Below are positions 26,922 through 35,840 of a DNA stretch of 64,000 nt, in pieces. Each line of letters begins with the position of its first letter. The first letter of the stretch is position 1. The translations under genes and the position numbers were made by a program. The notes beneath the pieces were generated by a model. That model did not search any database. It was not told the DNA's origin and was given only the letters and a program-made list of their open reading frames with translations. Source of the DNA: Sphaerotilus sp. (GTDB taxonomy: Bacteria > Pseudomonadota > Gammaproteobacteria > Burkholderiales > Burkholderiaceae_C); contig JAAFKB010000007.1 of NCBI GenBank assembly GCA_013299055.1, positions 202 through 64,201 on the forward strand. Direction: 5' to 3'.

Positions 26922-29156
26922 TCAGGTACCGATGCGACCGCCGTCGTTCTGGGTGATGACGAGGGTGGCGGAGCGTGGGCGCTTGCCGGCACCGTAGCCC
27001 GCGCTGGAGGGCCACTGGCTGGTGTACTTCGTCGGATCGGCGATGTCGGCCATCTTGGTGCCTTCACCTGGGTGCTGGATGTTGATGAACAGCGTCTTGC
27101 CGTCTGGTGTCTCGGTCAGGCCGGTGATCTCGCAGTCCTTCGGGCCGACGAGGAAACGCTTGAGCGTGTCCGCCGTCGGTGCCTTGCCGAGGAAAGTGTC
27201 CACGCTCAGGGTGGCGCTGTGGGCCAGCGTCTTCTTGGCGCCATCGCCGACCTGACCGGGCAGGCCCGCCAGCATCATGCAGTTGGTCACGTCGGTGTAG
27301 GCGCCGTCGTCGGTCTGGATCCAGCAGATGCCGGTGGACTGGCTGAACACGAGACCGTCCGGGCTGGAGAAGTCCTGGTCGGCGGTCAGGCTCGACAGGT
27401 TGACCAGCCCGGTGTCGGCGTCGGACTGGGCACCGAAGAGGTACACGTCCCAGGTGAAGGTCAGGGCGGCGCCGCTGCCGGCGGTTTCCTTGACGCGCAG
27501 GATGTGGCCGTTGGGATTGCCTTGCTGCGCGGTCGTGCCCTTCAGGTCCGAGTAGGCGCGCGGGTTGGCGCTGTCCGGGGCGAGCTGCGTGGCGCTGCCG
27601 GCGGTCGGGGCGACACGGCGGTTGCTGTTGTTGGTCAGCGTGAAGTAGACCTCGCCGGTCGTCGGGTGGGTCGCGCACCACTCGGGGCGGTCCATCTTCG
27701 TCGCGCCCACCGCGTCGGCGGCCAGACGGCAGTTCACGCGGATGTCGGCTTCGTCGGCGAAGGCGTAGGCGGTGTAGGTGGCCGGGATCGCGGCCTTGTT
27801 CAGCTCGATCCATTGGCCGGTGCCGTCGGCGGCGAACTTGGCGACGTGGAGCTTGCCGTTGTCGAGGTACTTGGCGCCGGTGGCCAGGCGGTCGCTCGGG
27901 TTGGCGTCGGCGGCGGACCAGGCGGTGTCGGAGACGAACTTGTAGATGTACTCGTTGCGGGCGTCGTCGCCCATGTAGACGGCCAGCTTCTCGCCCGCCT
28001 TCGGCAGCGAGAACGCGGCGCTCTCATGCGCGAAGCGGCCCAGGCCGGTGCGCTTGACCAGGCGGCTCGTCGCCTTGTAGGGGTCCATCTCGACGATGTA
28101 GCCCATGCCGTTCATCTCGTTGCGGTAGTCGTCGGTGCCGTCGGTCGAGGTGCCGGTCCTGGCGTTGATCCAGCGGGCGTAGAGGTCGGCGGTGCCGGCG
28201 GATTCCCAGCCGTGGCGCGAAGCGGCGCCTTCGGCACGGCCATAGCGGTTCAGCGCGGTGACCGACTTGTCGTTGGCGCGGGCCAGGTTGTCGCCGAGCG
28301 GGCGGGTGAAGTAGCCGAACCAGTTCTCTTCGCCGGTCAGGAAGCTGCCCCACGGCGTCTTGCCGGTGCCGCAGTTGTTCAGCGTGCCGCGGGTGCGGGT
28401 GCCGTCGATCGAGTACTTGGTCTTCAGCAGTGCGTGGCCCTTGGCCGGGCCGCTGATGTCGACTTCGGTCAGCGCGGTGACGCGGCGGTTGAAGGCCGAG
28501 TTCTGGACATAGGCCCAGGTGTTGCCGGTCTTCTTCACCTCGACGACCGAGACGCCGTGGATGGCGGTTTCCTTGTCCACTTCGGTGGTCGGGCGGGGCA
28601 GGGTCTTGGTGCCGCCGTTGGCGTGCAGGAAGAACGACGACAGGGTTTCGTCGGTGGTCGCCTCGTGGTTCATGGCGAGCAGGCCGCGGTCGTTGGCGGC
28701 GGTCGAGGCCGAGCCGTCGCTGCCCAGGCCGAACCACTCCATCCCGTCGTGGTGGTCGCCGGCGCGGTTGCCGAAGTCGGTGTCGGTGCCGTCGTTCTTG
28801 TAGGCAGGGGTCGAGGCGGTCAGCGGGTCGCCGAGCGCGTAGACGACGGTGGCGGTGTAGCCGGCGGCCAGCGTGACCTGGTCGGCCATGCTCTTGGGCA
28901 CGGCGGTGAAACCCAGCTTCGACAGGGCGCCGGTGTCTGGCGTGGTGGGCGTGGCCGGGGTGTCGTCACCGCCGCCACAGGCCGCCAGCGCGACGCTGCC
29001 GAACAGGGCGCTTGCCGCCGTGCCGACGCTGCCGCGCAGCAGGCCGCGTCGGCTCAGCCGGGCGTCCAGCACGGCCGCGAAGTGCGCGTTGTCGCTGGTG
29101 TTGCTGTCTTCTTCGGCGCGGGCGGCGAGGTGGCTGAGGTCCAGAGGCTTGTTCAT
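26922..29156 (-). CDS. phoX: PhoX-family alkaline phosphatase (Tat lipoprotein)
   Basis: Tat motif SRRGLL and lipobox LAAC; GDHHDGM, MNHE, GTLNNCG, TPWGSFLTGEEN, GRFAHE, KMDRPEW, SPDGL, CEITG, NIQHPG. Confidence 0.93.
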   Translation of the reverse strand: MNKPLDLSHLAARAEEDSNTSDNAHFAAVLDARLSRRGLLRGSVGTAASALFGSVALAACGGGDDTPATPTTPDTGALSKLGFTAVPKSMADQVTLAAGYTATVVYALGDPLTASTPAYKNDGTDTDFGNRAGDHHDGMEWFGLGSDGSASTAANDRGLLAMNHEATTDETLSSFFLHANGGTKTLPRPTTEVDKETAIHGVSVVEVKKTGNTWAYVQNSAFNRRVTALTEVDISGPAKGHALLKTKYSIDGTRTRGTLNNCGTGKTPWGSFLTGEENWFGYFTRPLGDNLARANDKSVTALNRYGRAEGAASRHGWESAGTADLYARWINARTGTSTDGTDDYRNEMNGMGYIVEMDPYKATSRLVKRTGLGRFAHESAAFSLPKAGEKLAVYMGDDARNEYIYKFVSDTAWSAADANPSDRLATGAKYLDNGKLHVAKFAADGTGQWIELNKAAIPATYTAYAFADEADIRVNCRLAADAVGATKMDRPEWCATHPTTGEVYFTLTNNSNRRVAPTAGSATQLAPDSANPRAYSDLKGTTAQQGNPNGHILRVKETAGSGAALTFTWDVYLFGAQSDADTGLVNLSSLTADQDFSSPDGLVFSQSTGICWIQTDDGAYTDVTNCMMLAGLPGQVGDGAKKTLAHSATLSVDTFLGKAPTADTLKRFLVGPKDCEITGLTETPDGKTLFINIQHPGEGTKMADIADPTKYTSQWPSSAGYGAGKRPRSATLVITQNDGGRIGT

Positions 29157-29220
29157 GGGAGGTCCGTGGCGTGTGACAGGTGGCTGGGAAATGTGACTTT
29201 CCGCATCCTCTGCGCCTCTT

Positions 29221-29260
29221 GTGAAATCACCGTGACAGCCACAAGGCAGAACCGTGACAG
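29221..29260 (-). promoter_or_regulatory. Pho box array (PhoB sites) upstream of phoX
   Basis: Minus strand CTGTCAC-GGTT-CTGCCTT-GTGG-CTGTCAC-GGTG-ATTTCAC: four half-sites at an exact 11-bp period. Confidence 0.8.
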
Positions 29261-29319
29261 CCCGGGCGCCCGACAATCGTGGGGTCTTTTCCTTTTCAGC
29301 CCGATTGCAGGTACTTGCC

Positions 29320-29568
29320 ATGAACGCAGATCTCCGCCCCTTCCCCCGTCTGGTCCTTCGCCGCCTGGGTCTTGCTGGCGCTGCCGCCGTGCTGGCCACC
29401 AGCCTGAGCGGCTGCGGCGTGGTGGCTGTGGCCGGTGCCACCGCAGGGGCTGCCATCTCGGTGGCCGGCGCGGTCGTCTCCACGGGCGTGAAGGTCACGG
29501 GCAAGGTCATCGAGAAGACGATCGACGTGGTGACGCCGGCGGCGCCGGTGCCGGAGCCGACGCCCTGA
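29320..29568 (+). CDS. Small lipoprotein
   Basis: Lipobox LSGC followed by an amphipathic VAGAVVSTGVKVTGKVIEKTIDVV helix. Confidence 0.75.
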   Translation: MNADLRPFPRLVLRRLGLAGAAAVLATSLSGCGVVAVAGATAGAAISVAGAVVSTGVKVTGKVIEKTIDVVTPAAPVPEPTP

Positions 29569-29572
29569 GGCT

Positions 29573-29590
29573 CGCTGCCTGACAGCTCTC
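29573..29590 (+). repeat. Direct repeat copy 1 (CGCTGCCTGACAGCTcTC)
   Basis: 15 bp identical (17/18) to 32601..32618; both copies are intergenic. Confidence 0.6.
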
Positions 29591-29682
29591 GCCTGCCATC
29601 CTCGCGAAGGCGAGGATCTCTCGCAGAGTCCCGCGTGCCGCCTGAAGCGTCTGGGCATGGGCCGGTGCAGCAGAATGCCGGG

Positions 29683-30306
29683 ATGGGAGAAATTTTCATT
29701 TTTGGACAGCGCCCCGGCCTTTTTGACCTGCTGCCGGTGCGGGCTGTTCAGTTGACCGGGGATGAGTTTGGTATCGGTCTGTCTCGGCGTGCTCTGTCCC
29801 GAGCGGCTGACGATGCATTGCGCGTCATACAGAGTGGAGACGGACTGCCGAACGATGACACCGGCTGGGTGCTGCGCATCAACAAGAAGGGCCGCTCGAA
29901 GATGGGTGACAACCCGGGTCTTTCAGCGACCGACTCGAAAGCGGTTGCTGCGCTGCCTGCACTGGCCCAGCGCGCAGTTGTGGCTGAGCGGCATGCCGAC
30001 GACACGCACCACAACGAATTCGTGTCGGCGGTGTACCGGCTCTATGTCCCTTTGCTGATCGGCGACCAGCTATATCGCGTCAAGCTGACCGTCAAGGAAT
30101 ACGAGCCGGGGGCGGTGGTGGCCGGTACCATGCTCCACGCGCTTTCGAGCGTGGAAATAGAAAACGCCCCGCTGGGAACCGTGCCTGCCTCTGACACCAA
30201 AAAGGTGGCACTACAGCAAGCTCAACCAACCACGGGGCGCGCCTTCAGTGTACGGGATCTGCTCCGTGGCGCCCACCTCCATGACGGGACACTTTTCGTC
30301 GGGTGA
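29683..30306 (+). CDS. Stand-alone LPD3-like domain (large polyvalent protein-associated, BECR-fold)
   Basis: NDDTGWVLRINKKGRSKM..AVAALPALAQRAVVAERHAD..VYRLYVPLLIGDQLYRVKLTVKE resembles LPD3 domains; start uncertain (GTG 29635 possible). Confidence 0.6.
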   Translation: MGEIFIFGQRPGLFDLLPVRAVQLTGDEFGIGLSRRALSRAADDALRVIQSGDGLPNDDTGWVLRINKKGRSKMGDNPGLSATDSKAVAALPALAQRAVVAERHADDTHHNEFVSAVYRLYVPLLIGDQLYRVKLTVKEYEPGAVVAGTMLHALSSVEIENAPLGTVPASDTKKVALQQAQPTTGRAFSVRDLLRGAHLHDGTLFVG

Positions 30307-30350
30307 TCTGCTTGGTGATCCGAAGGGTCGTCCCAGCGTCGCACACCCAT

Positions 30351-30764
30351 TCAGCCAGACGCCCTGATCTGCCAGAACAGCGCATCCAGACATTCCTCCT
30401 GGCGTGTCTCGCACTCCCAGATGACCAGGGATGTCCAGCCGGTCTGTTCTAGCGCGAGCTGGCTGCGCTGGTCCCGGACGACATTCCTGGCAAACTTGTC
30501 CAGCCAGAACTCGCGGCGTGTGGCGGGAGTCGTGGCGTAGCGACAGAACGGGTGTCGGTGCCAGAAGCATCCGTGGACGAAGACTGCGGCGCGGTGTGCA
30601 GAGAAAACGAGGTCGGGGCTGCCGGGCAGGTCTCTGACGTGCAGGCGAAAGCGCAGACCGGTTGCATGGAGATAGCGCCGGACTCTCCGCTCTGGCTGCG
30701 TGTCCTTGCCCCTGATGCTCGCCATCATTCTGGATCTGGTCGCCCCGTCCACCACGTCTGTCAC
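30351..30764 (-). CDS. vsr: Very-short-patch repair endonuclease
   Basis: DVVD..RSRMMASIRGKDTQPE, LPGSPDLVF, FVHGCFWHRH, FWLDK..NVVRD, IWECE; AGGAG RBS 7 nt before GTG. Confidence 0.93.
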   Translation of the reverse strand: MTDVVDGATRSRMMASIRGKDTQPERRVRRYLHATGLRFRLHVRDLPGSPDLVFSAHRAAVFVHGCFWHRHPFCRYATTPATRREFWLDKFARNVVRDQRSQLALEQTGWTSLVIWECETRQEECLDALFWQIRASG

Positions 30765-30867
30765 CGTCGTGCTCCTGTCCATCGTCCTGCGCGCTGCTGG
30801 CTGTAGGATGCCGCTTTTTTGTCTGTTCGGCCGAACTCCTTTGGCGGCCGCTTGCCCGAGTCTCTGA

Positions 30868-32508
30868 ATGCCTGTTCCCGTCATTGATCTGTTCGCCGGC
30901 CCTGGTGGTCTGGGCGAAGGACTTTCCCGCTCGTCGCAAGTCGAATTCAGAACCGTCGTCTCGATCGAGAAGGACGAAATGGCTGCCTGCACGTTGAGGC
31001 TGCGTGCGGCGCATCGGGCCTTGGAGCGTCTGCTCAAGGGGCGGGAGCCACAAGAAATTGACGAGGTCTGGAAGACGTGGGATCACTTGATCGCGGTGAC
31101 TGACTGGCGAGACACGTTGACGCAGTTGAGTGCTCAGGGGGGGGGGTTGATCGCCGAAGCGTGTGTGGAGGCTGGTCGTGAAGCGCTGAAATTTGAGCTT
31201 GGGCCTGATCGCCGCGCAGAAGCCACCGAAATCATCAGGGAACGCCTTTTGCTGTTCACACGAGATGGGCAGCTTCCTGACAACGCCGTGTTGATCGGAG
31301 GTCCGCCTTGTCAGGCGTACTCGCTGGTGGGGCGCGCGCGCAATCGGGGCAAGGAAGACTACCGGCCGGAGGAAGATCACAGGCACTTTCTCTACAAGGA
31401 GTACTTGCAGGTCATAGCCGAATTCCGGCCTGCTGTCTTCGTGATGGAAAACGTCAAGGGTATCCTGACCTCGACTATCGAAGGTGCTCGGATCTTCGAG
31501 TCGATCAAGTCGGATCTTCGGAATCCGGGCGAGGTGTGCGGTGTACCCGGCGGTAAGGGCTACGTGCTGGTTTCGCTGGTGAAGGGTGCAGATGGCAGCA
31601 GCGATACACCATCGGAACCCGCTGCCGATGAGTTCATCGTCCGCACGGAAGAACTGGGTCTGCCTCAGGCTCGGCATCGCGTGATCATCTGCGGGATACG
31701 GGAGGATGTTTTCAGGCTTGCCGGCTACCACGTCGGGACGCTGGTGGCGACGCCGTCTACTGCTGTACACGACGTGATTGCCGATTTGCCCAAACTTCGA
31801 CCTGCACTTAGCTGGCGTGGCGGTGGCGCGTCGTGGCTCAGCAGTTTCAATAGCAAGACGTTTGATGAAGCTATCGGAGAGCTGAGCCAATCAGAAAATC
31901 CCGCACGACGCCGCATTGCACTTTGGATGACAGGATCCGTCACCAGAATGGCGGGGGGGACGCTGGAATCCGGCTCCGAGCGTCTGCCGGTTGCGTGCCA
32001 TTCAAGCTCCGCTGCGCATGGCTGCTGGTATGCCGATCGAATGATCCGTGTGCTTGCGAACCATGAGTCCCGCTCGCACATGCCAGAAGACCTAGTGCGT
32101 TACCTGTTCGTTTCCGCCTATGGTCAGGAAATAGGGTCTAGTCCCCGGTTGGCCGATTTCCCGAAGGCGCTTCTTCCGAAGCACCGCAACGTCGATCCGG
32201 AAAACGTCTCGGCGGCCATCTTCAAGGATCGCTTCCGGGTTCAGGTGTCCGGAAGCCACAGCACCACTGTGACCAGTCACATTGGCAAGGATGGGCACGC
32301 CTTTATCCATCCCGATCCTGTCCAGTGCCGTAGCCTGACAGTCCGCGAGGCGGCCAGACTCCAGACCTTCCCGGACAGCTACGTTTTTCTGGGAAATCGG
32401 ACTTCGCAGTACTCCCAGGTCGGCAACGCCGTGCCACCAATGCTGGCTCGTCGGATCGGTGGCGTGGTCGGGGCAGTCCTGCGTCGTGCAGGACTGGCTG
32501 GCAGTTGA
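30868..32508 (+). CDS. dcm: DNA (cytosine-5)-methyltransferase
   Basis: Motif I DLFAGPGG, IV GGPPCQ, VI ENVKG, VIII PQARHRV, IX VREAARLQTFPD, X QVGNAVP; divergent from vsr. Confidence 0.95.
   Translation: MPVPVIDLFAGPGGLGEGLSRSSQVEFRTVVSIEKDEMAACTLRLRAAHRALERLLKGREPQEIDEVWKTWDHLIAVTDWRDTLTQLSAQGGGLIAEACVEAGREALKFELGPDRRAEATEIIRERLLLFTRDGQLPDNAVLIGGPPCQAYSLVGRARNRGKEDYRPEEDHRHFLYKEYLQVIAEFRPAVFVMENVKGILTSTIEGARIFESIKSDLRNPGEVCGVPGGKGYVLVSLVKGADGSSDTPSEPAADEFIVRTEELGLPQARHRVIICGIREDVFRLAGYHVGTLVATPSTAVHDVIADLPKLRPALSWRGGGASWLSSFNSKTFDEAIGELSQSENPARRRIALWMTGSVTRMAGGTLESGSERLPVACHSSSAAHGCWYADRMIRVLANHESRSHMPEDLVRYLFVSAYGQEIGSSPRLADFPKALLPKHRNVDPENVSAAIFKDRFRVQVSGSHSTTVTSHIGKDGHAFIHPDPVQCRSLTVREAARLQTFPDSYVFLGNRTSQYSQVGNAVPPMLARRIGGVVGAVLRRAGLAGS
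31137..31146 (+). repeat. G10 homopolymer inside the methyltransferase CDS
   Basis: CTCA GGGGGGGGGG TTG (10 G) encodes QGGGL; the longest homopolymer I noticed in the window. Confidence 0.85.
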
Positions 32509-32600
32509 GCTGCACTTGTGTTGTGGTCGCTGATGGAGTGTGGCTTTTTCGGTCTTTTTTGCTGGATACGGCCTGAGTGTGTGACTTGTTTCATGATCGA

Positions 32601-32618
32601 CGCTGCCTGACAGCTTTC
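32601..32618 (+). repeat. Direct repeat copy 2 (CGCTGCCTGACAGCTtTC)
   Basis: Matches 29573..29590. Confidence 0.6.
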
Positions 32619-32670
32619 CCGCTGCTTAGCATGCGCCACGAAAAATCATGTCGTGGCAAAGGGAGGCTGT

Positions 32671-34539
32671 ATGCCAGCGAATACGAACAGTCACGTTGTG
32701 CGGTTGCATCGGTTCCTGCCGTTCAGCGCCGCGCACGACCAGATCTACGAGGAGTACCAGACGGGCGACGATAGGCTCGATCTGGAGACTGTCTCGATCG
32801 ACTACACGGCGGGAGCGATTCGATCCGGCGCCCGCTGTGTGGTCCTCACCGGTGATGCTGGACACGGCAAGACCCATATGTGCCGGCGTCTGCTGGAGCA
32901 GGCGCTGTTGGGGCATGCCCCGCATGTGGCGCGACAGCATCTACTGGAAAGTTGCAACGCTTCTGTCCCGATCCCGCCCGCAGATGGGGTCGATGCGCCA
33001 CGGCTCCGCATGCACAAGGATCTCTCGGAGATTCAGCCTCCGTCCCGAGCGGCGAGACTGCTGGAGGAGTCGGCCGCGAGGGACGGCGAATGCTTGGTGG
33101 TCTGTGCGAACGAAGGGCGACTTCGGGCGATCGTCAATTCGGAGGGTGCCGGTCCTGTATGCGCAGCAATTCGACACCTGTTCGAGGAATCCTTTCGACG
33201 GGGCATTACGGCAAATGCAGACGGGCATACCCACATCGTCAATCTCAACTACCAGTCTGTCGCCGCTGGCGCCGTGCATCGACAGGGCAGCCTGATTCGG
33301 CGGTTGCTTGCCAGTTGGGTCAGTGACGGAAGGCGCTGGTCAGACCGATCCTGCGGAACCTGCGATCACGCCTCCGGGTGTCCTGTTCGGCGCAATCGCG
33401 TTCTTCTGGCTGAAGATTCCGCCGCCGGTTCGCGTTTGCAGCGACTGGAGGAGCTGTTCGAGGTGGTGGAACGGCTTGGTCATGTGGTGACGATCCGGGA
33501 GATGCTGATGCTCGTGGCGTACATGCTGACGGGTGGACTGACTTGCAGCGATGTGGATCGACGCATGTCGGGTGCGTCGGCTGGCTGGCAGCATGCGTGG
33601 AGCTTCTACAACCTGCTGTTCAGCTCGCCCCCGAATCTTCCTGGTGACAGGGCAGAAAAGGTGATCCCAGTGCTGGCGGCCTTGCGGCGGCTGGATCCTG
33701 GCCTCATCGCCGTGAGACGTGTCGATGAGCGCATCCTGAGCCTGGGGCAGGTGTTCGAGACGAGTCAGGTCGATCTGCAGTTCACGGTTCAGACAGGCAG
33801 CGGGAAGACGATCGTGGACGCCGCATTCGGCATCGATGACTTCAACGGCAACCCGCAGACCCGCGCAGATCAGCAGCGGGAAGCCGAAGCGACGAATCTC
33901 GCCGTGGCTGCGCTTCGCCGCAGGGCCTTTTTCGATGACGTGAACACTCGCGAGAGCGTCATGCAACGCCTCGGGTTCAGGTTCGGTGACATGTTCGTTC
34001 GGCTGATCGCTGGAACGATGAGCGTTCCGGATCGGGTGAAAGCCAAGAACACCATCGTGGCTGGACTGCATGCCATCCAGAGCCTGCGCACCGGGCGGAA
34101 CGAAACGATGCTGCACTTGGTCGATCCCGCTTTCGGAAAGGCCAGTGCCGATGCGGCGATCATTGCCCGTCGAATCCCGGTCGATCGTATCAAGCTGATG
34201 TCTGCCAGCGGCGCTTGGCTGGGTGGGCAAGTTACCAGTTGGTTCATGCCGAAGGCCGTGGACTGGATAGACCGCACAGTGGTCCTTCGTGTCGATGAAA
34301 GTCTGAACTTGTTACGGGAGCTGCCGCTGGATCTGCTCTCGTTCGAGTGCATCTCACGGGCGGCGTCCGGGCATGTCAGTGAAGAGTTCTATGCCAATGA
34401 AATTCGACAGGTGCGCACGTTCCTGGGGCAGCTCGCAGAGAGCACGACCGACGACGCTTCTCAAATCATGATCTTCATGCGCGGGCAGATTCAGAACGTG
34501 TCGCTCGACATGGGCGTGATTCAGGTGGGGGGCGAGTGA
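32671..34539 (+). CDS. P-loop NTPase, DptF/DndF-like
   Basis: GGGAGG RBS; Walker A VVLTGDAGHGKT, HKDLSE, VVCANEGRL, IVNLN, CGTC....GCP; layout reminiscent of DptF. Confidence 0.6.
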   Translation: MPANTNSHVVRLHRFLPFSAAHDQIYEEYQTGDDRLDLETVSIDYTAGAIRSGARCVVLTGDAGHGKTHMCRRLLEQALLGHAPHVARQHLLESCNASVPIPPADGVDAPRLRMHKDLSEIQPPSRAARLLEESAARDGECLVVCANEGRLRAIVNSEGAGPVCAAIRHLFEESFRRGITANADGHTHIVNLNYQSVAAGAVHRQGSLIRRLLASWVSDGRRWSDRSCGTCDHASGCPVRRNRVLLAEDSAAGSRLQRLEELFEVVERLGHVVTIREMLMLVAYMLTGGLTCSDVDRRMSGASAGWQHAWSFYNLLFSSPPNLPGDRAEKVIPVLAALRRLDPGLIAVRRVDERILSLGQVFETSQVDLQFTVQTGSGKTIVDAAFGIDDFNGNPQTRADQQREAEATNLAVAALRRRAFFDDVNTRESVMQRLGFRFGDMFVRLIAGTMSVPDRVKAKNTIVAGLHAIQSLRTGRNETMLHLVDPAFGKASADAAIIARRIPVDRIKLMSASGAWLGGQVTSWFMPKAVDWIDRTVVLRVDESLNLLRELPLDLLSFECISRAASGHVSEEFYANEIRQVRTFLGQLAESTTDDASQIMIFMRGQIQNVSLDMGVIQVGGE

Positions 34540-35840
34540 TGTCCGCAAAATCGACGACAGCGACGGTCTACGCACCTGACATCACACAGAAACTGTTCGG
34601 CGGAATATTCGATGTAGATGGATCCGGACACTATCCAGGGCTGGAATTGATCAACTTGGTGGTGTGCTGTGCCGAAGGGACGCTGCCATCCACCGAAAAG
34701 GTGCATGTGCTCCGTGCAGCCCATGACTTTGCACGCCGGCTCATCGCTGACAACGAAATGCCCTCGGAAAAGGTGGCAGAGGTGCTGATGAACGAGCACA
34801 CGACCCATGCTATTTCCCATCTGCTGCGCTGTCTGGAGATGGACGTTCCGAACGTGGTGGGCAGCAAGAGCTGGGAGCGGACGCATTTCTTCCCCTACAC
34901 GCGCTCGCTGGTGCATTGGGATGCCCGCCGACCCAGAAGCGAAAACAGCCCGCCCTCGCTGGAGCGGCGCTATTACCGGGGTGCCGGGGCCTATGCTTTT
35001 TCCGTGCTACGGCGGGATCCGGTCGCCGGGCGGCTGCTGGCGCTGCGAGAGGGTTTCGACGCGCTATATCCGAAAGAGCGCCGCTCTCCCTTGGAGCAGT
35101 TGGCCTCGACCCTGCGTGAAAAGGGTTTGATCGATGCCCAGCCTTCGCTGGACAAGATCGAGGAACGATCTGAACTGCACGGCGACCGCTGGGAAGATCT
35201 GCTGCGCGACGGGATGCAGAACGTGTTGAGCCATCGAAGCCTGCCAACCGTGCAGCGGGTGCGTGCCGTGATGAACTGGACCTCGATCTGGCTGGTGCTC
35301 ATGGAAGCTGCCCGCGCTCTGGCAGTGGCCGGGACACAGTCACTGTCGCTGACCGTTGACTGTGCGGGAACCCACCCACAGCTGCGCCGTGCAGCGCAAC
35401 GCTGCTTCAAGGACATGGTGGGCGTGATCGAGCAGGTGTCCCGTGAAGAGGGGCAGCGGCTGGGGTCGCTCAGTCCGGTTCAGCTTGGAAAGATCCGCGC
35501 GTTCTATGGCAACACCGCCGCGGCCGGTGGGCTGCTGAATGCCTGGAAGGGACGGCGGCATTTCACCCTGCGTCTGCCCGCCATCGAGGCGATGGTGCTT
35601 GCAGCGGTGCCGGCTGGGACGGAGATCGAGTTCGATCGCTTCCTGACAGAGTGGCTGCATGACCGATGCGGCATCGTCGCAGGCCGGGAAGGGGCATCCC
35701 GAGCAGGTTTGCTCAAGGAATTCGACGGAACGATCTTCGAGGAAAACGAGCGGCGTCTGGCCGATCAGATGAGGGCGGCGGGGATGCTCAGAGTCTTTTC
35801 CGACGCAACAAGAATGGTCCACGCGGGAGGGCGCTGGTGA
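34539..35840 (+). CDS. Hypothetical protein, DptG/DndG-like
   Basis: TGATG coupling at both ends; 433 aa; C-terminal winged-helix-like segment ending LADQMRAAGMLRVFSDATRMV, reminiscent of the DptG C-terminus. Confidence 0.5.
   Translation: MSAKSTTATVYAPDITQKLFGGIFDVDGSGHYPGLELINLVVCCAEGTLPSTEKVHVLRAAHDFARRLIADNEMPSEKVAEVLMNEHTTHAISHLLRCLEMDVPNVVGSKSWERTHFFPYTRSLVHWDARRPRSENSPPSLERRYYRGAGAYAFSVLRRDPVAGRLLALREGFDALYPKERRSPLEQLASTLREKGLIDAQPSLDKIEERSELHGDRWEDLLRDGMQNVLSHRSLPTVQRVRAVMNWTSIWLVLMEAARALAVAGTQSLSLTVDCAGTHPQLRRAAQRCFKDMVGVIEQVSREEGQRLGSLSPVQLGKIRAFYGNTAAAGGLLNAWKGRRHFTLRLPAIEAMVLAAVPAGTEIEFDRFLTEWLHDRCGIVAGREGASRAGLLKEFDGTIFEENERRLADQMRAAGMLRVFSDATRMVHAGGRW

Noticed and set aside
30211-31890. 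559-aa minus-strand ORF across vsr/dcm as a possible overlapping gene
   Set aside because: Antisense to the conserved dcm motifs and out of frame over vsr; no recognisable domain.
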